DNA from: Octopus vulgaris
Taxonomy: Eukaryota
NCBI GenBank assembly: GCA_951406725.2
Contig: OX597826.1
Location: 70,804,001-70,868,000, forward strand
Direction: 5' to 3'
DNA: 64,000 bases
Each line of letters opens with the position of its first letter. Position 1 is the stretch's first letter. Under the pieces are notes generated by a model. It did no database searches. It worked only from the letters and a program-made list of their open reading frames with translations, and was not told the origin of the DNA. Positions 53,079 to 64,000 of the stretch are shown piece after piece. Both the position numbers and the translations under genes were made by a program.

Positions 53079-53335
53079 TGTATGTATGTATGTATGTATG
53101 TATGTATGTATGTGCGTGTATTTCTGTGTCTGTGTTTGTCCCCAACCAATACATCACAACCGTGTTCGTTTGTTTACCTTCCTTTAACGTAGCGGCTCGG
53201 CAGAAGAGACCGCGAGAATAATTGCTATACTTAAAAGAAGTACAGGGATCGATGTGTTCAACTAAACCGTTTAAAGCGGTAACCCCATCATGGCTGCAGT
53301 CAAACGTCTAAAGCAAGCAAATGAAGTAAAAGTCA
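52166..53335 (+). mobile_element. Older SINE family A copy split at its internal microsatellite
   Basis: 5' half at 52166-52242, 3' half at 53113-53335; expanded (TATG)n and a nested insertion between them. Confidence 0.82.
52345..52895 (+). mobile_element. Non-autonomous RTE-like element (~550 bp) nested in (TATG)n
   Basis: No long ORF; motifs AACCCTACCAAG..TTGGTGAAGAGGG and GGGCATCCCTCTA.GAGAAGGTAACTC resemble RTE 5' UTRs; the end CTCGATAATGAGGGGGCAGCC resembles RTE 3' ends. Confidence 0.6.
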
Positions 53336-53947
53336 AATAAAGACCAATTATTGTTTGAATTCTTTTCAAGCGCTGATTCCACAGACTGTTATATATTACA
53401 AACATTTTTACGCGTTTATAAACAAGACATTGGACACTGAAGGGTAACCAGGGTTAATTCAATTGATTGAACCAAATATATTTTCCCGACCCGGTTTTTA
53501 CATTATTCATCGAATTCATAATAATCGACAAATTAAAGAACGTTGCTTTTTCGCTTGTTTCTTTTTTGTTTTTGTTTCTTTGTTTTTTTGTTTTGTTTTT
53601 TTTCTTTTTTTTGTTTTTTTTTGTTTCTATTAAATCAACTTCCAGAAGAATTTCACCGATTTCTATTTCCGTATTTATCTTCTGAGACACTTTTATACGC
53701 ACGTACATTAGATATACACGTATATTAGATATACATACACACACACACACACACACAGACTCACACTCACACACAGACACACACACACACACACATATAT
53801 ATAAATACATGTGTGTATATATATATAAATACATATAAAGATAATATATATATATCAAATATATAAATATATATATATACATAATAAATCTCTTAGCGAT
53901 ATATATATGTACTTCACGATACAAACACACACATACATGCACACACA

Positions 53948-53997
<50 letters not shown>

Positions 53998-54089
53998 TAT
54001 ATTTGCATATATATGTACATAGATATATATATATTTATATGACAAATATATGCAAATGGAGAAGTGAGAGACAAAGAGACAAAGAGAGC

Positions 54090-54121
<32 letters not shown>

Positions 54122-54948
54122 TGAGAGATGGGGAGCAGGGTAGAGTGAGAGGGGATGAAAGAAAATATTGAGAGTAAAATCGCAACATACAATCGAAAAA
54201 ACAACAGTTAAAGATGAATTTAGTGCTAAAAATAAAAATCGAATATTTTATTTTTCGCAAACTGAACATTGTGTTTCAAATATATTGGCCGTATTATAAG
54301 GAAACATTGAAGCAGTGTATGTGTGTATGCGTGTAAGCATGTGTGTATGTGTGTGTTTCGTGTGTGTATGTTTGTATGTACATGTATATAAATGATTTTG
54401 ATTATGATTGTTGAAAGCCAAACCAATGCAAACTAGAAAATATAACAAGTTGGTAGCTTTGTCTGATATTTCGATATTTGAGGGTCACAACCCCTTCCTC
54501 AGGAAATCTTTGGAGACAAGTAATTATTCCTAAGTAGCACAAGGTAAAAACTATCGATCTGTATTTTTTTAATAATTTACATAATTTTGGCTTACACTTG
54601 AAGGTGAAAGGCACGCGCTGCGGTATTTTGCCGCGGAGAAAAAAATTAATTGCTATAGATTTTGTATCTAAAGCCATAGCGAGCCAAACTTAAGGTGACG
54701 AGTTACGCTCCAGGTAACCTTCCTAAAACACTGTCACCTTGTAAACATTGTGTCTGCAACGACCAGATATATGTATTGTTTATTTATGTACTATGTATAC
54801 ATGAATGTGTGTGTATACATACTTACATACATACATACATATACATATATATATATATATATGTATGTATGTATATGTATTTATATATATTATTTTATAT
54901 ATTATATTATAACATATATTATGATATTGCATATAAATATCTTATGAA

Positions 54949-55004
<56 letters not shown>

Positions 55005-55098
55005 CATATATTATGATATTGCATATAAATATCTTATGAAAATATGTTTTCACTCGTGTGTATATATATATATATATACAGAGAGAGAGAGGGGGGGG

Positions 55099-55147
<49 letters not shown>

Positions 55148-55330
55148 TTGTCGCCGTCAAGAATTCTATAAACATTGGAGAGAACGTGAATTAATTTAAT
55201 ATCTCGAAACGTAGACACACATAAAGTTATAAATAACAGCATATAAATATTGGACTGCGAAACCCTTTTGGTTGGTTAAAAATCCACAGGAAATATTGGT
55301 TCGAGTGCTAGGGGCACCTTCGATATTTTC

Positions 55331-55386
<56 letters not shown>

Positions 55387-55731
55387 AATTGATATCTTAC
55401 GTGTTTTTACTCCGAGTTCCTTATTTCTAATTGTCAGATTATTATAAGAACAAAGAAGATGAAAATATTGCATGATATTATTGGCAAAGGAATATTTTGT
55501 TGATAATTCAACGGTTATTTGAAAAATAAGGTAGAGATGGCCCGTTTATAGAAGTGATAATAAGATTATGTAAAGTAATATGAATATATAAATAGATTAT
55601 GTAAAGTAATATGAATATATAAATAGATTACATAAGAAAATATGAAAATTAAACTTCTATGTGTGTGAGAACAAGCATGTAAATAATTTTATAAATAAAA
55701 TCATTGGTTTGGGATACAGATTTAGAAAGGG

Positions 55732-55908
55732 TTGGGCTGATCCGGAAAGTTCGTGCCGATTTATAGTAGCTTACCTTTCGACTTATTTTAGAACATGGTT
55801 GAGTCCATAAAATAGGATTTGACTACCCCACCATTTAGAGCACAGTTTAAGCTATCTTTTCGTGGAAGAATGTTTACGTTCCTATAACCTGTGTTAATTC
55901 TGTAACCC

Positions 55909-55913
<5 letters not shown>
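55732..55913 (+). mobile_element. Mariner 5' TIR and leader (same family as 5500-6003)
   Basis: Near-identical to the reverse complement of 5822-6003. Confidence 0.92.
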
Positions 55914-55940
<27 letters not shown>

Positions 55941-55944
<4 letters not shown>

Positions 55945-56055
55945 GGCGGTGCCCCAGCATGGTATATGGCGGTGCCCCAGCATGGTATATGGCGGTGCCC
56001 CAGCATGGCCACAGTATATGAGCTGAAACTAAAAAATCAAAATCAAAAAATCAAA

Positions 56056-56056
<1 letters not shown>
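55941..56056 (+). mobile_element. Isolated CR1/L2-group LINE tail with a triplicated 23-bp unit
   Basis: (ATGGCGGTGCCCCAGCATGGTAT)x2 + ATGGCGGTGCCCCAGCATGGCCACAG..GCTGAAACT + (AAAATC)n. Confidence 0.88.
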
Positions 56057-56139
<83 letters not shown>

Positions 56140-56488
56140 CATATATTTAGACATTTTATACATATATTTTTATCGTTTTGTTTAGTCTAATCTTCTCTAT
56201 TCTAATTGGTATCGTTCACCCTATTTTCCAAATAAGTGTTGTATTGTCAATCAATATCTCTTTGTCTGATTTTATCCAATCGATCTCTGCTATGATATTC
56301 AAACATATCCACTGCATATTTATTAGATACCATTTTTATGTTCTATTTGTCATTGTCACCAAAAGCTGGGAAGCGAGAGTCGCAGTTTGACGATCGATGA
56401 ATTTGAGAAAACCGTTAAATTTATAACTCTGCATAATGTATTGAGTTCTAATTTTCCTTTATATATATGTGTGCATACACACACACCC

Positions 56489-56522
<34 letters not shown>

Positions 56523-56659
56523 ATACATCTGTGTATATATATATGCTTAAAAACACACATCTATATGAGTGTATATGCTTGTGGTGTGTGTATTTGTGTG
56601 GGCATGCATTACGCTCTGTGAATGCATTAAACACACTTTTTTTAAATATATAGGGTTAA

Positions 56660-56984
56660 GAGTGGCTATGTGGTAAGTAGCTTGCTTACTAACCACATGG
56701 TTCCGGGTTCAGTCCCACTGCGTGGCACCTTGAGCAAGTGTCTTCTACCATAGCCTTGTATGTATGTATGTGTGTGTGTTTTTTGTCCTCCCAACATCGC
56801 TTGACAGCCGATGCTGGTGTGTTTACGTCCCCGTAACATAGCGGTTCTGCAAAAGAGACCGATAGAATAAGTACTAGGCTTACAATGAATAAGTCCTGGG
56901 GTCGATTTGATTCGACTAAAGGCGGTGCTCCAGCATGGCCACAGTCAAATTACTGAAACAATTAAATGAGTAAGAGTAAAGAGT
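56660..56984 (+). mobile_element. SINE family A with internal deletion
   Basis: Homologous to 59080-59462. Confidence 0.92.
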
Positions 56985-57589
56985 ATATTAATTTATAAGA
57001 CGTTACGAAGACTATCGATGTCCTTTATCATAAATATATATTCAAGCAAAACTTATTGTCCTGACAGTGTTGCGTTTTGCAAGGGAGTATGTGCCTGGTA
57101 TTTCTAGCATGACAAGCGACCACTTAGAGTTATCTCTCGATATATAATGATAGAATCGGTTTGGGGGGGGGGTTGATGGCGGGGGTGTCAGACGATTTGA
57201 AGTAGTTATTACTTTTATCTGTTTTAGACAAACGTTGTATGCGAGTTTCGATCTCTTGACCTCAGATTTTACAACGAATGGAATCAATTACACTGCTTTA
57301 ATAGAAAATATCAAAAGGTTCTCCTTATCAATCCAATATTAAATTGAAGTTTGTACATCGCTCTATAGAATTTACTTCGCCTTTTCCTCTCCACCCCTCA
57401 CTCTTTCTCTTTATTCCTCTTTGTCTTCCTATTCTTCTATCTCTTTCTCTCTATCTCCATTCCATTCAAGGTCCTTCTTTCTCGTTCTCTGTCACGCACA
57501 TGCGCACACGTGCTTTCTCCTTATCTCCAACACATTTTCGTTCTATCTTCCAGTATTTGTATTTCTAATTATTCCAGTCCACCACCCCA

Positions 57590-58405
<816 letters not shown>

Positions 58406-58455
58406 CATCTCACCACCTTTCTAAGTCTTCGACTTTGTCTTTCTTTCTCCTTTTT

Positions 58456-58492
<37 letters not shown>

Positions 58493-58994
58493 AGTTCATC
58501 AAAACGATTCAGTTCACGGCTGAAAGATCACAGCAAAAACAACAACACCAACTAAACGACTAAGATTACTGAATGTGTGAATTTTAATTAATGCCGCCGT
58601 TCTTAGAAATTATTCCGAAAGACAATGTCTGAGACGTTTTGTAATTCCAGTGCAAGAAGACATACAAAACCGTCAGTGTTAGAAAATAGATATATCACGA
58701 AAGAGCCAAACGCCTTCCAATTGTATAACCACGTCTGCGTGTGGCAATTAACTTCTGTAATAATGGTTTATAGTTTATTGTAACACCAAGCATTGTAGGC
58801 AGCAAGCAGTAAAGGTTGCATGGAAGATTAAATAACAATGCAAGATGGAGATTACAATGTCAGAATTCAATCTAATAGATATATGTAATAAAGATTGGTA
58901 CAAGATGTTATATAAGAAACTCGCTTGTTGCATTGACCTTCTTAGCATTGCCGGCAGAAGAGTGTGAATAGTGTGAAAGACATGTCAGATACAC

Positions 58995-59072
<78 letters not shown>

Positions 59073-59079
59073 GTAAGTA

Positions 59080-59241
59080 TAGGAGTGGCTGTGCGATAAG
59101 TAGCTTGCTTACCAACCACATGGTTCCGGGTTCAGTCCCCACTGCGTGGCACCTTGGGCAAGTGTCTTCTACTATAGCCTCTGGCTGACCAAAGTCTTGT
59201 GAGTGGATTTGGTAGACGGAAACTGAAAGACGCCCGTCGTA

Positions 59242-59282
<41 letters not shown>

Positions 59283-59462
59283 TGGTGCATTTACGGCCCC
59301 GTACCTTAGCGGTTCGGCAAAAGAGACCGATAGAATATGTACTAGGTTTACAAAGAATAAGTCCTGGGGTCGATTTGCTCGACTAAAGGCGGTGCTCCAA
59401 CATCGCCACAGTTAAATGACTGAAGCAAGTAAAAGAGTAAAAAGAGTAAAATAGTAAAAGAA
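59080..59462 (+). mobile_element. SINE family A
   Basis: Head, internal (TA)n and LINE-like tail present. Confidence 0.93.
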
Positions 59463-59474
59463 TATATATGTGAA

Positions 59475-60830
59475 TAGTTCAAATTTACAGACAAGCAAAA
59501 GACAAAGACAGGTGTAGGAACAACCAGAAGGTATAATATACCTGACGCTCGGGAAAAATGGGAAAGTCATTCACTTTTCGTGCCTACGCTCTTCGAAGGA
59601 GAGGAATAAGAGGGAGAAAATGGTGCGAGAATGAAAAAAAACAGTGTATGACTAGAAAAAAGCGAGTTGAATAAAAGGGAAATAATAATAAAAAAGAAGT
59701 TGAATGAAAGGGAGATAATAATGGTGATTCCAACGAACTAAGGTGCGTGAGCTTGTATGTAAGTCAGAATAGTGTGTGTGATTGTGTATGGGTGTATGTG
59801 TGAATGGGGGTGAGTGAGTCTGACGTGTGTGTGTGTGAGAGTGCGTGTGTAACGCGTGTGTGTGTGTGTATTGTGTGTAGCAGTTGATGTGTGCTTTTAT
59901 CAAGCGGTCAATGTACATGTGTATGTGTGTGTGTTTGTAACCAAATAGTGTACATATGTATAGTGTATGTATTGTGGGCGAAAGTTATCTTTGTCTATGC
60001 GCGTTCTGCCTGTTTATGCGTGTTGCGTGTGTGTATATATATTGTCTGTGTTCAGGTATTATGTGCTTGTGTGGGCGTGGGAGTGAGCATGATGGTGTGT
60101 GGTGTGTTAAACAGTGTGTGTGGTTGTTCGTATAGTGGTATGTGTGGTGACGTTATTGAAGATTGCGTGTGGATGTGTGGATAATGCTGTGTGGTGTGGG
60201 TGCTGAGAAGTGGTCTGTGCTAGTGTGTGTGGTGTGGGAAGGTGTTGTGGGTGTGTGTAATGATGTGAGAAGTGAGTGATAATTTGAACAGTGTGTATGG
60301 GTGTGTGTATAGTGGTGCGTGTGTGGTGAGTGTATCGAGGTGGGTGGTAAAAAGAGGGATGTTGAATGTGGGAGGTGTGTGGGAATCCGTGTGGGTTGAT
60401 CTCAGATGAAGAAAAGATGTGAGTTGAATACATATGGCGCAAAAGAAAGAAGAGAGAAGATTAATTTCTGCTCACGGAGATGTGTGAGAGGAGGGAAGCC
60501 ACTAGTATGGCAAGGACACGGTCGAGGTATTTGGAAATCATTTCCGAGGGTAGTTGCAGGTGGAGACGATGGGTCGGCCAGGGTTTTTGGGTTTGCCAAT
60601 TTGGGGAAGGAAGTAAATAGTGGGGGTACATGGGATACGGACAATGAGGTTGGAGGCGGTGAGAGGGAGGCGGGAGGACGAAATAAGATCATGAATAGTG
60701 GAGGACACAGTCTGTTGGTAGTTAGGCGTGGGGTTAGAGGGCAGAGGATGATAGGAGGTGTTTTGGAGTTAACGGAGGACTTCAGACTTGCAAAGGTCTG
60801 CGCGCTACAGCACTCCACTCTTGTCGGCCG
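59475..60830 (-). mobile_element. Internally deleted Penelope-like element (RT start fused to GIY-YIG C-terminus, CA-rich 3' region, pLTR-like end)
   Basis: ADKSGVL*RADLCKSEVLR*LQNTSYHPLPSNPT..PTIYFLPQIGKPKNPGRPIVSTCNYP/EMISKYLD (PLE 'ADKG', 'LPKIHK..PGRPIVS'), then LREQKLIFSL.SFAPYVFN* (stop at 60402); decayed hammerhead near 59570-59600. Confidence 0.85.
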
Positions 60831-60913
60831 ATATGAATGTATGTATATATTTGTATAAATATGGTATTCGATTTGAACTCATTTTTTGTCTGTTTCGTGA
60901 TAGAGATGTCAAT

Positions 60914-60944
<31 letters not shown>

Positions 60945-61108
60945 TGTGAGTGTACGAGTGCGTTTATTTATGTAAATATATTTGATCTGTACTAATTTTA
61001 ACTTTCTCTTTCGATCTTTTCTCTCTTTCTCTGTTTACATGTGTTATTTTTTTGTGTGTGTGTTTTCCGTGTTTATTTTATACATGCAGGGAGGTTAACA
61101 GAGAGAGT

Positions 61109-61165
<57 letters not shown>

Positions 61166-62214
61166 TAAGAAAGAAGTTAGATCAAACGATCTTGGGGAAT
61201 GCATAATTAAAATGGAACTCATTGTTCAAAACAATATTACAAAGAAAAATAAAAAAAAAAGTGTGGTTATAAATCGTTTGAACGTTTCCTTACAAGTTGG
61301 CCAATATTTTTCAACTTTAGCATCTTCAGAAGTCACTAACTTACAAAAATATCCAAAAGATATATGATATTATATGTGATAATGCTAAAAATAAAGTAAA
61401 GTGAATGAACAAAACACGAAGAAAATTATATCTAAAATACGTAAAAATGAGAGAATTGAAACGTATGGTGAAATAGTCTGAGTTTAAAAAGGAAGAGATA
61501 AAGTGAAATGAAGAGAAAGGTTTATGGAGTAATGGGCAAGAAGGAGAGAAAAAGGAAGAAATAATGAAAGAATCTATACTAACTCAATATTCCTTCTTAT
61601 TTTTCATTTCTTCTTTTCTGCTACATTCGTATCATTATCTCATATTATATAGTGCTTTCTTTAAGTTGGTAAATCAATATGCCTCGAAGATACGAAAATT
61701 GAAACACGCCGTTCAATTTGCAAGGAAGATTTTACATACGTACATACACACACACACACACACACGCATGCACATATACACACACATAATATATATATAT
61801 ATATACGAATACAATTCAGATAATGTTTCTTCTTTTTCTGCCTAAACTATAGGAGGATGTATGTGTTTGTAACCGCGTATGTTCTCCTGGAAGTATTGTA
61901 GGCCGTTTCAGAGAGATCGTATTGATGTGACGGCAGTGTTTTTCACCTGGTGTGTCATTTCACCTGTGATCGGAAAGTCCACAGTAGGGTGGGGATCTGG
62001 ATTCTACCGCTTCATGCTAGTCTATTTTACATTGGCATTAATCGGAAATCGATTTAATTGGTCCCAATATTTGATTTGTACTTTATTTTCTCAACGTGGG
62101 AAGGTGAAATTGTTCTCGATGGAATTTGAGCTCAGCACATATGGAGCTGAAACAAATGTTGCAACAAATACCATCATTTCTGCGACTCAGCCAATCCACC
62201 CCACCAACGTACAT

Positions 62215-62556
62215 AGGTAAACCCACCCCAATTCGGTCATGAATGACCAATGGATTGCACCTAGAAAGGTATAATCCATTGGTCCCCCGAGGCACAAGTC
62301 CTGGCGAGGTTATTAATGGAAGACTAGCAATCACCCATACATATACCATTCTCCCCTCTCCACGCCACAGATGAGATCCAAGGTGAAAGGCAAAGGGGCC
62401 GATACAGCTTGACACCAGTGACGCCGCAACTCATTTCTACAACTGAGTGAAATGGAGCAACGTGAAATAAAGTGTCTCACTGAAGAACACAACACACAGA
62501 TCGGACCGGGATTGAAACTCAAGACTGTGGACGCCCTAACCACTGAGCCATGCACC
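62215..62556 (-). mobile_element. SINE with C2-like head/core and an RTE-type tail
   Basis: Shares gtgttgtgttctt..g..acactt.atttcacgttgctcca with C2; 3' end ..GGTCATTCATGACCGAA differs from C2. Confidence 0.75.
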
Positions 62557-62913
62557 TTTACATACATGAATGCAAATACTATATATGGCATGAATACGTA
62601 AGAATGTTACAGCAACAACTTCGTATGTATGCTAACGTATGTATGCTAATACATTGTATCTTATAAAGCCGGTTGCCCGGTTTCTGCGGCGTTGAAAGGA
62701 ATAAGATCACAACATACGCCTTGAACGGGAAGGCGTATTATCGCAGATATCAAGACCAGCAATTTTTAGGGGAACGGACCAAGTCGATTACCTAAGGAAC
62801 CGGGAGAAACGCCGCTACGCATTTTGTCCGAACTGCAAACGAATCTACCACCTCGCCTTATATATGTATGTGTGAGTGTGTGTGAGTGTGTGCGCGCGCT
62901 TATGCGTGCGTGT

Positions 62914-63015
<102 letters not shown>

Positions 63016-63579
63016 AGATATATATACATACATTTTATATATATATTTCGACAGATACAGAATAGCAAACCGATTGACTTAAACCGGATCTCGGAAATAA
63101 TTTCATCTTCAATTTTATAATCCCACTTCTAACATAATTTAGAACTACAACACTAAGCCATTCTTAAATATAAATGTAAGAATAAAGAGCAACTTTTATA
63201 ACTCAGTCTACCTAAAACAAATGCCTATTCGTGCTCAGCAGCAATGAGTGTCTCCACAGATATAAAGCATTTATAGTCTGCGTAGATATAAAATGGCTGA
63301 CGTAATTTCCCTTCTAAGACGAGCTTATAAAATCTTATTCACTAAATAAGCATTGAATAATCGTAAGAGTAAAACAACTGCGTTTTACTCACAATAATGG
63401 AAATCTCAATAAATTAATAGACCATCCATACGGATACAACGACTACATCACCGAGTATAGAAACGCAAACTGTACATATATTATACAAAAATCAAATGCT
63501 TTCCAGATAGAATAGGTGATTATCCCTTAAAATATTCATAAAACTGGGCCAATTTATCACACCTAGTCACAAAAGCATT

Positions 63580-63900
63580 GTTAGAATATTTTACACCAAC
63601 ACTGGAACGACAAATATTCTCAACAACACGAAGCCATAGGTTTGCAAACCACAGAGCAACATTTAAAACAAATTTTAATATAAACATAATGACAAGAACT
63701 ATTAAATTAGACACATACGTAAGGCAATTTTATTCGTGAAGCTTATCATAGATTTATAACAAGAGGCCATTGAAATGCATTACAATACAATAAAATACAA
63801 TTAAAGAAAAAATATTAGTTGACAGTATTACTACTTAATATAGAATTCCACAAACAATGAGAATTTTAATTATGGAAGCTTTACTAATTAGCAAAATACA
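63580..63900 (+). pseudogene. Possible very old Penelope GIY-YIG endonuclease remnant
   Basis: Short peptides HRFANHRATFK and ILIMEALLISK resemble 'RxxxH' and 'EAxxI' GIY-YIG motifs; otherwise broken. Confidence 0.3.
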
Positions 63901-64000
63901 AACCGAAAATCGATACAGAGATACAGGACAGGTAAAATAAAGCATAAATGTTGCCAAAAGTTAAGCAGGAAATAATTTTTAAATCTCCAACGTTGTTGAT

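Noticed and set aside
53454-54269. 271-aa minus-strand ORF with a Lys-rich end
   Set aside because: Mostly microsatellite and T-rich low complexity; no domain recognised.
60406-60858. 150-aa Gly-rich plus-strand ORF
   Set aside because: Antisense shadow of the Penelope-like RT remnant on the minus strand.

Overview
AT-rich, gene-poor animal (eukaryotic) DNA, intronic or intergenic. The repeat repertoire strongly resembles a coleoid cephalopod (Octopus-like); this is an inference from repeat style, not a database match. No intact protein-coding gene is supportable, and almost all listed ORFs are microsatellite artefacts. The window is a mosaic of microsatellites, at least three tRNA-derived SINE families (my labels A, B, C) plus an older dispersed family D, and decayed non-LTR retroelements: Tx1/L1-like, R4/Dong-like, CR1/L2-like, RTE-like and Penelope-like. 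It also holds two mariner remnants, several MITEs and a complete non-autonomous Helitron. Most notable: (i) a near-canonical minimal type I hammerhead ribozyme (39207-39266, minus) in a ~310 bp non-coding element, with further decayed hammerhead motifs and an internally deleted Penelope-like element; (ii) two SINE/LINE pairs whose shared 3' tails are both visible in this window; (iii) retroelement families each sitting in a particular microsatellite type, alongside a SINE that carries its own internal microsatellite; (iv) near-perfect inverted duplications that would form dsRNA if transcribed. Coordinates were read by eye and decayed ends are approximate.
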